Positions 48,430 through 64,000 of a stretch of DNA of 64,000 nucleotides are shown piece by piece (positions within the stretch are counted from its first letter, which is position 1; the number at the start of each line of letters is the position of its first letter). Under the pieces are notes generated by a model that did not search any database, had not been told where the DNA came from, and saw nothing but the letters and a program-made list of their open reading frames with translations. The translations under genes were made by a program, and so were the position numbers. The DNA comes from the human T2T-CHM13v2.0 reference genome, Homo sapiens: NCBI RefSeq assembly GCF_009914755.1, contig NC_060929.1. One strand, given 5' to 3'.

Positions 48430-49700
48430 TCGGGATAAAAAAAAAAGCACCTAGGAAAGATCACAATCATAGGAGCATGGTGAAGAAATTGGAGGGCTAA
48501 CTCGAAGGGAAGAGTAACACTTTTGAGTGTTGTAGTAACTCAGGTGAAAGTGACGGTAATACGTGGGGATGGAAAGATTTAAACAGATCAAATAAATATA
48601 TTCAAGTGGTAAAATCAAGAGAATTACATGATGGACTGGATGTAGGAGGTATAGCTGAGGGAGGGGGTGGGATGGTGGCCAGAAGTCTGGGTGGATGACC
48701 ATGGCATTCATTGAAATGGAGGTTTTGGGGGGAAAGGAGTGGGGAAGGATGACAAAAAAAAATTCAGTTTTGGATACATTGATTCGAGTTTTGTTTCAGT
48801 TGTCCACTAAGCAGCTACCATGTGTGTCTGAAGGTCAGGAGTGATTCCTGCCTTAAAGATGCAGGCCGAGGGTCACTAGCATCTATATGGAAAAAGAAAT
48901 CCTAGGCATGGATGGAATCTCCTACAAATTTCTTTTAACAGTGAGAAGAGATGGTGTCTAGAATTACTAGAACTACAAGAAGCACTGCGATGTAAGGAAT
49001 GGTTGTAGGGAGAGGAGACAAACATCTCTGAAGACTAGGGAATGTTAGGAAGAAAACCAAGGTTTAGCGTCACAAGCCAAGAGAAAGGAGGTTGGTAAAC
49101 CATACTGAAGTTTGTGGGGGCTCCACAAATCTTTCCGGTTTCCCTAATTGCACTCTGATCTGATTATGAGATAAATACAGGAGTAGGCCATTGGAGAACT
49201 GGCCACCCCTTCATTACTGATGAAATTGATCACGAAGACTATGGTGGAGGTATGCGGCAGTAACGAACTCTCCAGTTGTGAAACCTGGACTCCTTCCTTG
49301 CTGAGGCACAGGTAGTGCTGGAACCCTGCAAGGCCTCCTCACTGGGGGGCCTGGAGGAAGAGAAGGGCAGAATGCCAGCTCCCCACAGCAGCTGCTCCCA
49401 AGAGGAAAAGAGGGAGAGGCAAGACTGTACCTGCCCAGTTCCTCCTCCCAAAGCCACCAATCGGGTAATTCAACCCACATGGAAGAAGAGACACTGGGAT
49501 TAGAGAACAAGCGTCTCTCTCACCTCTCCCATCCACACAAGAAAATCAAGGACTGGAGAGTGTCTGTTAGTTGATGCTGCTGGTAGTAAACTCCCTGGAG
49601 TGGTAGTGGGAGAAGCCAGACTGCAGCAGGCTAGAGAGAGAATGGGAGGCGAGGCATAGAGACAACCAGGCCATAGAGCGCTCACAAGAAATGCTGTTAT
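48430..49700 (-). mobile_element. L2 fragments interrupted by a ~430-bp insert
   Basis: aaattcagttttggatacatt...gaaaaccaagg...ggagtggtagtgggagaagccagactgcag. Confidence 0.7.
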
Positions 49701-50008
49701 GACAACTACTCCAAGGGGTTAGAGCTACCGTCTGCAAAGTTTAATTTCATTTCATTAGCATATGTTAGGGTAATCCAGGCTTGAGGAGCTGAAATAAGGT
49801 CCTGATTAACTTCCTAGGGAAAGACACATGAAATAAAGCCATGAAAATGTGTTTTGTGGGACCTGGGGCCAGTAGACTAACAAGGAAACGACCCGGGGTC
49901 AGTTCACAGAATGTTGGAGGAGAGTTGAGAGACAGCAGTGGGGCCTAAGCATGTGAGTTTCTACTCAAGATGATTCATTGCATCACACTCAAAAAAAATG
50001 GAGAAGGA

Positions 50009-50373
<365 letters not shown>

Positions 50374-50399
50374 CTAAATTAAAGAAAGACCATGTGCTA

Positions 50400-50720
50400 A
50401 TCAAAACACTGTGCTGACAAACAGACCCCCAAATTTCAGTGGCTTAACAAAAGTAAAAGTCTATTTTACTCATGTCATGTCTATTGCAGGATGGGTAGCT
50501 GTGTTCCATCTTGCAGCTCCAAGCTAGTTCATCTGGGCTTCAAGGCTGATGTGGATGGGGAAGGAGAATAGAGGCTCACACATGGGTGTACATATCACAA
50601 GGAACAGAATATAGTCACATGGCCCCACCTGACTGCAAGGAAATATGGGAATTGTAGTCTGTGGGCCTTTGAAGAGGAGAAAAATGGGCACTGGTGAGCA
50701 CCAGCAGAACCCATCACTGT
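50400..50720. mobile_element. Old MLT1 (K/L-like) fragment
   Basis: ccccaaatttcagtggcttaacaaa...agtcacatggccccacctgactgcaagg. Confidence 0.6.
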
Positions 50721-50886
50721 AGGCATTAAAGAGGTTTAGAGCCATGGGAACCACACGATGTGGCTGTGCATCCCTGCAAGCCACATTCCTTGAAACCATG
50801 TAAATCACTAGGTAAGTAAATCACCTTACTGACATAGAAGCTGCATTTCATGTAAGTAAGGCGATTCCTCACTGACCTTGAAGAAG

Positions 50887-51238
<352 letters not shown>

Positions 51239-52400
51239 TAGGCACAAATGTTTAAAGAGATAAATACTACTGAAATGGGGATTACGATCCACTGCAGAAA
51301 ATCATTAACATAGTCCCTAGCACATAGGGCTCAATGAGTATCTGTTGATCAATTGAGCTGATGCCTGATAAATCTTGACCTTTCACAGACAGACAGAAAA
51401 CAACAGATGCAACTACAGCAGAAGGCTTTTTCCCTCCAAAGGCTGTAATGCTCCGGTTTTGCTCTCTGGGTCAGGTTTTCCCCCATCCTATATTTTTGGC
51501 TGCTGGTTCAGAGGCAATCACCAGAGACAAAGAAAAGAGATGCTTAGACAAGCGGACTGGTTCAGCTGGATGAAGCGCAACCGCTACAAAGTCTTGGTTT
51601 GGTAGATTTGACTTTGCTCTTTCCTTTCTCTTCGGAGGGGAACGTTAGGAAAGGCCTGTGGCTTGCAGAGATGCACTCCCCACTGGTGTGGTTCCCATGG
51701 CTCTAAACTCCTGTGCCTGCTCATGTGGGAAACCTATTTAAGACATTCTGTTGCATAATTGGAGGAAAATAATTGGAGGAAAAGTGTAAGCCATCTTGAG
51801 GGAAGCAATCACTCGACTAACATTCCTACTTAAAAATAAATGAGAAAAACCAGATTTTGCAATTTCAACAGACTTTTATTGAACATTTACTAACTCTGCA
51901 AAGTATTATGCCAGATACAGTAAAGGGCATAAAAAATAAATGGGCTAGTCCCAGTTCTCAAATAGCTAGTGGGAAAGTCGGTCACTTAAAAATCTGATTA
52001 GATTATAACGGAAAGTGATTCTGAATAGAGTAATGAGAAAACTTGCATGGAGTTGGGGAGGGAGGGGTGCTCATCTCAGACCATCAAGAACAAAGGCCCC
52101 ATGGTGGGCACAGCATTGGTGGAAGACTGTGGGACTGGGGTGCTCCTTGGCTGTCCCCACAGGCCCTATATATGTAAGTGGATGAGGTCCCCACCTGCCT
52201 GGGTCAGGGCATTCAAGGGATGTTTCTGCCCAGATCCTACACCAGGTGTGACTCAAATCCTTACAACTGTAGGGTCCCTGGGGACAACCTCAGCCATTCT
52301 GCTTGAAGCAGGCTTCAAATAAAGGTCCTCAAGAGATTCTGAGGTACAGGGCATTAGCCAGGAGGATCTTTCATGCCCACACTGAGGAGTATGAAGATCA

Positions 52401-52702
<302 letters not shown>

Positions 52703-53029
52703 ATGATCATTTTAAAGGGCAAGAAATGAATCAAAGGTTTTTGAGAAGAGTGGCACAATCCAACCTGTCCTTTGGGAAGTTCCTTGGGCTTGAGGTCAAA
52801 GGAGGGATGGTTAGGGTGCACCTGCAGCATGGGGAAGGCCCAGAGGAACAGCCCTTCCCTGAGAGACAGATACCCTCTATCCCACCTCCATGAGAGATTC
52901 TCCCCAGATTTCCCTAGTCTCAGGCACCTGTGGAGACAAATGACGTCACATGGTCATGAATATCACCTTTCACTGGCCGGTTAACTCACTGCAACCATGC
53001 AGCATTCCAAATTCTTTTAAACCGGTGCT

Positions 53030-53230
53030 CTGCCCAAAATACTATTTGCACATGTTGTCTAATTGAAATCTCAGAATAACTGTATGAGGTAGGAAATGCT
53101 GTTATCCTCATTTCTCAGATGAGGAAGCTGAGGGGAAAGTTCTTGTATTTACACAGATACAGTAGCTAAGTTGGAATTTGAATCTGATTGAGATTCCAGA
53201 GCCATACTCTTAGTTACTATGCTGCACAGC
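53030..53230 (-). mobile_element. MIR
   Basis: tatgaggtaggaaatgctgttatcctcatttctcagatgaggaagctgagg. Confidence 0.75.
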
Positions 53231-53369
53231 CTGTAAAGATTTTGATAAACATGGAAAGCCCTGGATGCTTGAAAGACAAGGTAAGCCCATGGCATAAAGA
53301 AAGATCAGGATAGGAACTGTGCTGCAATCTGTCTTTCCCTTCACAATTTAGTCCACTTGGTGTGTCTGT

Positions 53370-53485
53370 CTATCCATCTGTCTGTATATCATCTAACCAC
53401 CAACCCATACATCCACCCATCCATCCATCCCTCCATCCAAACATCCATCCATCCATCCATCCATCCATCCATCCATCCATCCATC
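53370..53485. repeat. (CCAT)n microsatellite
   Basis: ccatccatcc... runs. Confidence 0.93.
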
Positions 53486-55994
53486 TCAACCTTCAGAAAA
53501 GAACTCAAGGCAAAAAGATAAACAGAGAAGTAAAAGCCTTAAAAATAGTGATAAAAGAATAAAAGGCACATAACAAAGGGAAATAGATTATTGTAAAACT
53601 GATGCAAAAAAGCACATACTTAATTCTGAGCACCTTGACTTCCAAGGTATAAAAAGAAATATGGTGAATTACATAGTTTGCATTCGCTCATAAAAGCATG
53701 GCCATCTGTCAGGAGAGACAAACTTTTCTACTACCAAAGCTTAAAACAGCTAACACATGGGTCTTTATTTAATAAAGGAAAATTAAATAACATGAGGCCA
53801 GCATCCTCAAATGCAGATGAGTCCCAATAAAGGCAGAGCACCTAACGTTAAATCTTCATTATTTCTGTAGGACTGAAGAGTAGTATAATCTGGACATGCT
53901 CTGTCTAGGGGAGTTTCTAGAGTCCCAGATTGAGGAGGCCCAGCAATGTGTGACTTTTGCTTCCCTGTGGTTCAATAGTCTCACCTTCACCTTACCATTG
54001 ACTTCTCCTTCATTCTGCCTATCTCAGGAAAGAGAACCATCAGGGGGTGCCAATTAGATTATGTCAGAGACAGTAGAAGAGACAGAAATGCAAGACAACC
54101 AGGGGCCCAAGAAGATATTACCAACGTGGGGACTGGAATGGAGGGAAGTGAATGAGTGAAAGAACATGGCTTTAGAATGGTATCAAATGCCAGTCCTACC
54201 ACCAGGGAAAAATCACGACATATTTCAAGCAATAGACACTAGTTCCTTGCCTTGATTCTCCAAGGTTGTGAAGAACTAGGAAGAGCTGAGCAGAGAAGAG
54301 TCATGCTAAAGGACACAGCTGGAGCTTCCCTCTGCAGGTGGGAGGTAGTTTCCTGAGTTTCTTCTCAGAAAAGAGTCTTTGTACTTAAGAGCAGGATGGA
54401 AGAGAGATGGAGTAATATCTCCCACACAGAAAGATGCAACTGCTGGCTATTGTGTGAAGGATATTGTAACATGAGAGAGGTCACGTGTTCACAGCCAAAG
54501 AGAAGTGTTATCCAGATGCATTTCACCTGCCAACAGTGAGCAGATGTTAGAGTCTTTTCCTGAACCCTGAAAGTTGACTTGATCCCCTCTTTTTGGGGAC
54601 TCCTTTTTGTGAGAAGTTGCAGGTTTCCAGCTATCATCCCTGTTTTACCTCTTCTTATTCCTGGGTTTGAGAACTGGTATTCCAGCCATTGGATGACAAT
54701 GTGGATGCCTGTTTTCTCCTTCTGTGGGGAGAGTCAATTGCTGGCATTCACTTCTTATGGCATCTCCACCAGTCATTCTTTCTTTGCATTGCTACCATCA
54801 TTGGCCTACACAGGCCTTTACAACTAGACTAGTGCTCCACAGCCTTGCTCATGTCATGGCACACAAAGGAAATGACATGATTTATTCAGCCCACTGGGCT
54901 TATCCAGGCTGGAGGCAAATGGCTGTGGCCACTCCATACCTCCCGACCCCTGCCCCAGGCTGCACTGGTAGGTACAAGGATCCAATTAAGTTGACCTGCT
55001 TGCAGTCCAACTAGGCACACCAGTTGGAAGCTCTGATCTGGAACACAGAAATAGCTGCTTCATTTTTTTCCCCGTCATCGGTCTCTTGCTTCAATCCACA
55101 TTGCGCACATTGGCCAGGCTAGTTTTCCCCAATTCAGCATTTTCATTATGTTGTTTTACTGCTCACCTCACAAGCAGTGGCTCCCCACCACCTATTGGAG
55201 TTTTAAAGTTACTGACCTGGCAGTCAAGACCTCCCCCAGTGTTGCCCCTATTTGTCTTTCCCAGGATTGTCAGGTTCAGACCTGAACTCGCTGCCTTCTC
55301 CACATGTGCGCTTCTGCATTTAGCATGGTGCTCTACTGTCAGGCCTATTCTCCATTCTTGCCTACAATACTTCCAGATTGAGATCATTCCATGTCTTCTC
55401 TTTGATGCTGTCCAATAACTCAGCTTCTAAGGGTTTTTGTTTTAACCTCTTTTCCAACCTTGTAGGCCACTATTCTCCAAGTCCCTTCCAGTCTCTCAAC
55501 ATTCAGTGAAAAGCCAGGCTTAAATAGTCCAATAAATTCAGGAAATGCTGCAGCATATATTCCCTTCTTGAGGATGCAAAACGCATATCTGCTTAAAAGG
55601 AATTTATTTCATTCATTTTAGCCCTGAGTTGTTCAAACTTATTTCAGCACAGAACTTTAGAACAATAACAGTTATTAACTTCCCGTGGAATTGGTCCTAT
55701 AAAGCAGACTTTGGAAACACACAGTTGGAACCTTGCAGGTGATATCCAGATAGGCTCTAGTCTCAAATTTAGTTAGCTCTTTCAAATCTCCAGGTAGTAA
55801 AAGCTAATTAAATCCGATCATGGAACTAGACAATCCGACCTTCCTATAAATAGTCTCTTTTCCCGCCACATTCAGTACTGAAAGAGAAAAGGGACAATGG
55901 TGGTACCCCTCACCCTGCATGACCTTACTGTCAACTCTGTGTTTGGAACCCTGGCAGAAGTTTGCTGGGATGAATTTGAGTAGCCAATTCAAGT

Positions 55995-56255
55995 AATAAT
56001 AATAGCAAGATAATATTCATCAATATCATGCACTAGAAAGTGCAGCACGTTGTAAATCCTTAGTTTACATGAGTTTTTTCAGTCCCCACAACAGCACTGT
56101 CAGGTAACCACTATTTTTTATCTCCATGTTACAGATAAGGAAACTGAGGCACAGAGGGATGAAGTAACTTTCCCAAGGATGCATATCTAGAGAGTAGCAG
56201 AGCCAGCATTCAGACACTCAATCACCAGAGTCTTGCTCAGAACCACAATGTTATG
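55995..56255 (-). mobile_element. MIR
   Basis: ttacagataaggaaactgaggcacagagggatgaagtaactttcccaagg. Confidence 0.85.
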
Positions 56256-56292
56256 TTACCTCTTCAAGAAAACCAAAGTCCTTTGCCATAGG

Positions 56293-56619
<327 letters not shown>

Positions 56620-56657
56620 TAAGGTAAAATGACACAGCGATAGATTGATCTAATGCA

Positions 56658-56948
56658 TTTTTTTTTTCTAATTTTGAGACAGCATCTCGCTCTGTTGTCC
56701 AGGCTGGAATGGAGTGGCATGATCTTGGCTCACTGCAACCTCCACCCCCGGGTTCAAGTGATTCTCCTGCCTCAGCCTTCCAGGACTACAGGCGTGCGTC
56801 ACGATGCCCGGCTAATTTTTGTATTTTCAGTAGAGACGAGGTTTCACCATGTTGTCCAGGCTGGTCTTGAACTCCTGACCTCAGGTAATCTGCCCACCTC
56901 GGTTTCCCAAAGTGCTGGGATTATAGGCATGAGCCACCGCGTCCAGCC
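56658..56948 (-). mobile_element. AluS
   Basis: TSD ctaatgcatt. Confidence 0.93.
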
Positions 56949-57375
56949 TAATGCATTCTTTATGAAACTCTGCCTAAATGTTTACTGATGTCTATGCTCA
57001 GAAGCACGTTCTCTATTCCACACAGATAGCTTATCTCCAAGTTTATTTAAAAGATCACATTGTACTTATTCTTTGTACTGTGAGTCTTGGTCTTTGGCCA
57101 AAAGCAATACAATTCTGACCTAGGAGTTCTTCATTCATCACCCCAGTGCAAGAAGGGTTTCCCCCTCTCTGAGTTTTTTTGACATTTATTGTGTCTTCTA
57201 CTCATTTGAATGTATATTCTGTTTTGTAATCATAATTGTCTCGCCAAGTGACTGGGTCTTATCTTTCCAACTATGTCTTGTCACTTATAGCTCCGTGCAC
57301 AGTGTCATGCTCAGAGAGGTGTTGAGTGTCTGTTGACTGATTTATTACCCCCAAATGCTGGAGCCATTTCATGAT

Positions 57376-57810
57376 TGCACTGGGTGTCCTCCTTTAACCC
57401 ACTGTATCTGCTCTCTGCCTTCCTCCACCTCGCTGTGTCCTCAGGAGGATGACCGCTGTGGACCCATTCACAGGCTCCCTTCCTCTCTGACTCCCGGTGG
57501 TGCCACTAGTGGGAGACGCCAGCAGAAGAAGTGACAGTGGGAGGAGAGAGAGGTCAGTATTCATTCCCCTGGTTTCCTCTCTTGCAAGCTCTGTGTTGTC
57601 AGGACAAAACCACTGCATCAAGAGACATCCCTAGCTGCTTATTAGCCTCACAGTCCACAATCTCCAGGAACGCCCATGCTTCCTCAGGTTTTGTTACAAT
57701 CCTCTCCTGCCATTCTGCAACTTCTTCGGCACCGGGCTGAAGAGTGAATGTTAACTGCCAGCTGCACAGCCTGCATAAGACTGCAGAGCTCAGTGGATAC
57801 AACTGGCACA
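57376..57810 (+). mobile_element. ERVL LTR (LTR33-like)
   Basis: tgcactgggtgtc...ctgtgtcctcaggaggatgacc...gggaggagagagaggtcagtattcattcccc. Confidence 0.55.
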
Positions 57811-58295
57811 TATCTCTCCTTTAGGAAAGCACGTAAAAGATCCTTTCACCCTTTCTGGCTGTTGGAAGGATAGCACCCTACATTGCAGCTGAACAAGGAC
57901 AGCATCTACCAAGGGAGATTTTTCAGCTGACCCCGTGAGGCCTGGCAGTTGAGGATGGAGAGGCTTATGGTTGTTTGGCTGTTGGTGTATTATTTTGGCT
58001 ACTGGGAGGAATCCCGTGTGAGAGCCTGTACTACTGTGGCAGTCTGTTTCTGGCCAGTTTGACCTTTTTATCATGTATTTTTGGGCCTGAGAATGTTCTG
58101 AGATTCCCTGACATTCTACTGCTTTATTTTCAATTAGCCAGAGCTGTAATCTATCAATCTGGACCTTTATAGATATACGTTTATACAGTTTTTGTGAAAT
58201 ATAATTTATATGCCATATAATTCACTCATTTAAAGTGTACAGTTCACATTTTGGAATATTCACAGGGTTGTGCAGCTGTCACCACAATCTATTCC

Positions 58296-58605
<310 letters not shown>

Positions 58606-58947
58606 TAAAAGAAGCTCTGATTTAGTGTCACTCTCCTTTCCTCCCTTTGCCAGCTTCTGGCAACCACCAATCTACTTTCTACCTCTATGGATTTCCTTAT
58701 TTTAGATACTTCATATAAACAAAATCATACATGATGTGACCTTTTGTATCTGGCTTCTTTCACTTAGCACAATGTCTTCATGGTTCATTCATGTTGTAGA
58801 TGTATCAATTCTTTATCCTTTTTATGATTGAATAACATTCCATTATATGAATATACAAAATTTTCTTTATACAATCATCAGCAGAATGACATTTGAGTTA
58901 TTTCCATTTTTTTGGCTATTATGAATAATGCTACCAAGAACATTTGT

Positions 58948-59263
58948 GGCTGGACACAGTGGCTCACACCTATAATCCCAGCACTTTGGGGGCTCGAGGT
59001 GGGCGGATTTCTTTGAACCCAGCAGTTTGAGACCAGCCTACGTAACGTAGTGAAACTCCATCTCCACAAAAAAAAAAAAAAGTATACAAAAAATTAGCTG
59101 TGTGTGGTGGTGCGTGCCTGTAGTCCCAACTACTCAGGAGAGGTGGGAGGAGAAATTGAGCCCAGGAGTTCAAGGCTGCCGTGAGCCATGATTGTGCCAC
59201 TTCACTCCAGCCTGGGTGACAGAGTGAGATCCCACCTCAAAAAAACAAAAACAAAAAAAAACA
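58948..59263 (+). mobile_element. AluJ
   Basis: TSD aagaacatttgtg/t. Confidence 0.92.
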
Positions 59264-59611
59264 AAGAACATTTGTGTACAAAGGTTTTTGTATGGACATA
59301 TGTATGTTTTCATTTCTCTTGAATAAATACCTATGAGTGGATAAGCTAGGTCATATGCTAACTCTATGTTTAACTTTTGGAGAACTTCCAAACTGTTTTC
59401 TAAAGTGGCTGTACTGTTTTACATTCCTGCCAGTAATGAATGAGGGTTTCAGGCTCTCTACAGCCTTGTCACTTGCTGTTGGTTGTCTTTATTTTAGCCA
59501 TTCCAGTGGGGGTGAAGTGGTATCTCATGCTGGCTTGGTTTGCATTGCCCAGGTGGCTAGTAATGCCGAGTATCCTTTCATGTACTTATTGGCCATTTAT
59601 ACACAAGCTTT

Positions 59612-59858
59612 ATGTCTACATTTCCCTATTCAAGACTTTAGGAGCCTGACGGATTTCAGAATTCTGACCCTTTCGGAAGTTCATAGACACTCTTCAATAT
59701 ATCTGCTGCAAAAATACTATGATTCAACCTAAATGGGATAAAGTGTATATGACCTCAGGTGATACTGTCAGTTTTTGACACCGAAAGTGTTACAAAAAAA
59801 TGTTGGTTTTGAGAACTTTTGGATTTTAGGAATATAAGGAAGGGACTGAGCACCTGTA
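59612..59858. mobile_element. TcMar-Tigger MITE (MER46C-like)
   Basis: 3' end cttttggattttaggaatataaggaagggactgagcacctgta. Confidence 0.5.
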
Positions 59859-60744
59859 CATGTTCCTGGGTTCCAGTTAAGACTGTGCTATGGGCAGCCA
59901 TCCAGATGTGCCACTGCTGCCCCTCCACGAGCCCCATAAGCATGGCTTTCTCTAGCGTGACCCCTCAGGGACCCTCCCCAGGGTCCAGCAGGGAGCAGAG
60001 TACAAGGACAGGGGCCTAGGCACCTTTCTTCCCTGATCTGACTTTGCATGGTGCCTCACTCAAGACCTGAGTGGCATTCTTAGCTTAGCCCCACAGTTGC
60101 CTCAGGCTAGCTGAGGTCACCTTGCTTGTCCAGAGATAGAAGTGCAGCTAGTGGTGTTTTTGGGAGAGGGAGAGAGTGGGGGTGCAGGGAGGGTTGTGAT
60201 GCATAGAGTGGGGGCAGGTATTAATCCCTGCAATTACTCCTAGATATGCCCATTGCACTTTAAAGAATCTTTAATTGTATTTATAGAAACACAGAAAAGT
60301 GAAGAATTCAAGTGATGCTGAAATTTGGCAAATCAACAGTGTGCAAGGCAATCAGGGCTAGGAGCAGGGCTATTCAAACGGTTGGTCATGGTCACACTCA
60401 TTGCCCCTTTTAAGTTGCTCTTGATCCATGACTCCCCCTTCCCGGCTTGCCCTCAGCTGGCCCATGGGCTATCCTTGAGAAGCAAAGGTAATGGCTCACT
60501 AGCTGTCTCCACCCTGCCAACTGTGAGCTACATGAACTCTGTCCCAGGATGTGAGGAGGAGTTCTCTGCCCTCTCCCCAACTCTGCTCTGAAGCCACAGC
60601 CATTTGTTCAGTAAGAGTCTGTGGCCTGCAACCATTCCCCGGAACTGATCTCCTTTCCAGTGAGGTGCTTATAGCTATAGAACCCCCAGATGATCTCAGA
60701 AAAAAGGAGGTGATTAGAAGGAGGTAAGCAAAGGGGATGGGTAC

Positions 60745-61118
60745 TGATATAGTTTGGCTGTGTCCCCACCCAGATCTCATCTTGAATTGCAGTTCCCATA
60801 ATTCCTACCTCTGATGGGAGGAAACTAGTGGGAGGTAATTGAATCAAGGGGGTGGTTTCCCCCATGCTATTCTCTTGATAGTAAGTTCTCATGAGATCTG
60901 ATGATTTTATAAGGTGCTTCCCCCTTCTCTTGGCTCTCATTCTTCTCTCTCCTACTGCCTTGTGAAGAAGGACATGTTTGCTTCCCCTTCTGCCATGATT
61001 GTAAGTTTCCTGAGGCCTCCCCAGCCCTGTGGAACTTTGAGTCAATTAAACCTCTTTCCTTTATAAATTACCCAGTCTAAGATATTTCTTCATAGCAGTG
61101 TGAGACTGGACTAATACC
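60745..61118 (+). mobile_element. THE1 (B/C-like) MaLR solo LTR
   Basis: tgatatagtttggctgtgtccccacc...tgagtcaattaaacctctttcctttataaattacccagtc...gactaatac. Confidence 0.93.
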
Positions 61119-62158
61119 CAGGTTAGAACAAGGGCAGTGCCCCGTCTCCCTGCTCCCCATGCCCATTCCCGCCAACCCCACACTTCCCCTGCTGCCCAGT
61201 TGCTCCACTCCTTTCAGTGTTGAGTTCAGTCTTGAGGTGCTTTCTTACCTGTTGATGAAGGGAGGCAGGGATGGAGGAGGAGGCAGATGAGAGTTATGTG
61301 ATATAACTAATGACTGCAAGTGTGATTTTCTTTGGGGACTTGGCTTTCCTGAAGGTAGGGGCCAGACAGGCAAGATTCACTTCTCTAGTTCCAGTTCACT
61401 TGCCCAGGATCACATAGCTAGTTGGTGTCAGAGCTGGGACTGAAAACCGTTTCTTCTTGGGGCTTCTTTTCCCTCCATGACAATATCTACCCTTGTGTCT
61501 CTAGAAGAAGGCATTTAACTGCACTGGTTTTGAAAACAAATCCAATCCACTCACTGGGTTTCTTTGTTGCTTTTTGCAGCCATGATTTTGCCCTGAGGCC
61601 AGAGTATAAATAAACAGAAAGCAAAAATAGGCTGGAGAGGAGGTGCTTTCTAGGAAGTGATTTTTGAGCTGTGCCTGCATTCTCTTCTCTTGGTCCCTGA
61701 GACCTGGCAGGGTGGTGGCAGGAGGAGGGAGGTCCGTGGACAGGTCCCCTCAGCTTGTGAGGGAAGAAGTCCTCTGGGGTGTGGTTGCAGACCCAGTTGG
61801 GTTGGCTGCGGGGTGATCAGCAATGATGGGGCCAATTCCCACTGCCTTGGTGTTACCTCCGCAGGGGGTATCCCTGCTCTCCCAGCCCTGGGCAGGGGTC
61901 CCATCACTTGGTGTGGTGGTTCTTGAGCATCTTACCGAGACTTCTCCCCTGGGAGATGACAGTAGCTGGTTTCTAGAGAAGGCCCCATCGCCATCTTTTA
62001 CAAAACTTTTTACAAACTTCTGCTTTATCCCCAAACATTCTAATGAGTCCACATAATCTACTTTGAACCTAAAATCACTTAGAATCTTTCCATACAACAA
62101 CGTACATCTGCAACCACATTCTTTTGAAAAGGCAGAGTCCTTACAGAGCACTTGCTGA

Positions 62159-62920
<762 letters not shown>

Positions 62921-63125
62921 CAAGGCTTCTAGAACAGTCTAAAACTGGACATAGAGTCTTTAGATGGTTTCCTGTATGCAATGGGAGCCCTTCAGTAAGT
63001 AATCAGTGAACCTCAAATATAAAAACCCTCATTACTGTTGCAAATGCACTAGGGAAGACCTTGCTCAGGTTCTACACTAGACAGAAGCAGTAAGACCAGC
63101 TCTAGGCACAAGCAAAGTCAGTGCT

Positions 63126-63278
63126 TTTTTTTTTTTTTTGAGATGGGGTCTCACTCTGTCACCCTAGCTGAAGTGCAATGGTTCAATCAGAGCTCACTGC
63201 AGCCTTGAACTCCTGGCCTCAAGCTATCCTCTTGCCCTCTCAAAGTGTTGAGATTATAGGCATGAGCCACTGTGCCCC
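63126..63278 (-). mobile_element. Alu monomer (FAM/FLAM-like)
   Basis: Single arm; TSD cagt(g/a)cttttttt. Confidence 0.85.
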
Positions 63279-63831
63279 ACCAGTACTTTTTTTATTGGTG
63301 CCTTCCATCACTCTTTTCTTTCTTTTATCCCTCATTACTTTGGACCAATTCTCGGCTAATCTACTAATCTTCTCTATGAGGTATTAAGTGATAAAGGCTT
63401 AAGGTGTTAGCATTCCCAGGAGTATTTATCCTTTAAAGAGAAATCTGGAAGACCAAAAGTTGGCCAGGATCAGAATGAATGAATCTCACCAGGTAGAATT
63501 TCAGATTCTGCAGATTTCAGGCTAGAGGCTCAATTTGGAATTCTTTGAATTACTGGCCAAGAACAGCAAGTCAGCTGTTTTTAAGCAACATGCCTGGAAA
63601 ATGGGTCAATTGGAAGCCAAGGCAGTAAATACAGATATTGTCACTTCTCCTATACATCTCTCATTTATATACTAGTAATAATAAAACCTTCCTCGCAACT
63701 TCCAAATTTCAGCTCACTTCAAAGCCAAATCTACCTTTATCTTTTTTTCCCCTGAATTGCTGGGTTTTCCTGCTACCAGATCAAGATCTTCATCAATTCC
63801 AACCCAACATCTTCGGAAGCAAAAGCATGTG

Positions 63832-63874
63832 TACACACACACACACGCACATACACGTGTGCACACACACACAC
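63832..63874. repeat. Imperfect (CA)n
   Basis: tacacacacacacacgcacatacacgtgtgcacacacacacac. Confidence 0.85.
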
Positions 63875-64000
63875 CTCAAATGCTCCCAAATTCCATCCCC
63901 TGGTTCTTTCCTAGGCACATTCCTCCTAATTCCCTCTTCTACCTCTCACCCTGTCCTCTGCTTGATTTGTATATTCAGAGCTATTCCAATGAGTGGAAAA

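Noticed and set aside
60608-61045. 145-aa minus-strand ORF
   Set aside because: Antisense reading of the THE1 LTR

Overview
Primate (very probably human) non-coding euchromatic DNA. No protein-coding exon, RNA gene or CRISPR array can be supported. The ORF track is almost entirely Alu-, L1-, LTR- or microsatellite-derived. The window holds about 45 Alu elements/fragments (AluJ, AluS, AluY), several old L1M fragments (one with a degenerate ORF2 RT remnant), L2 and MIR relics, MaLR/ERVL/ERV1 solo LTRs (MLT1, MLT2, THE1, LTR10-like) and DNA transposons (MER30, Charlie1a-like, MER1B, MER46C-like). Repeat family names come from my recall of consensus sequences, not from a search. I found no convincing new biological system. 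The best observations are: (i) a 97-bp copy of nearby downstream DNA fused to the 5' end of a truncated Alu inside an apparent TSD (template switch during retrotransposition); (ii) two unique segments with dense developmental TF-motif clusters (TCF/LEF+CDX/HOX+ETS+PBX-HOX at ~19.0-19.3 kb; GATA+T-box+NKX2+MEIS at ~35.0-35.2 kb); (iii) an 8x35-bp minisatellite apparently born inside an L2; and (iv) several non-B-DNA/dsRNA-prone structures.
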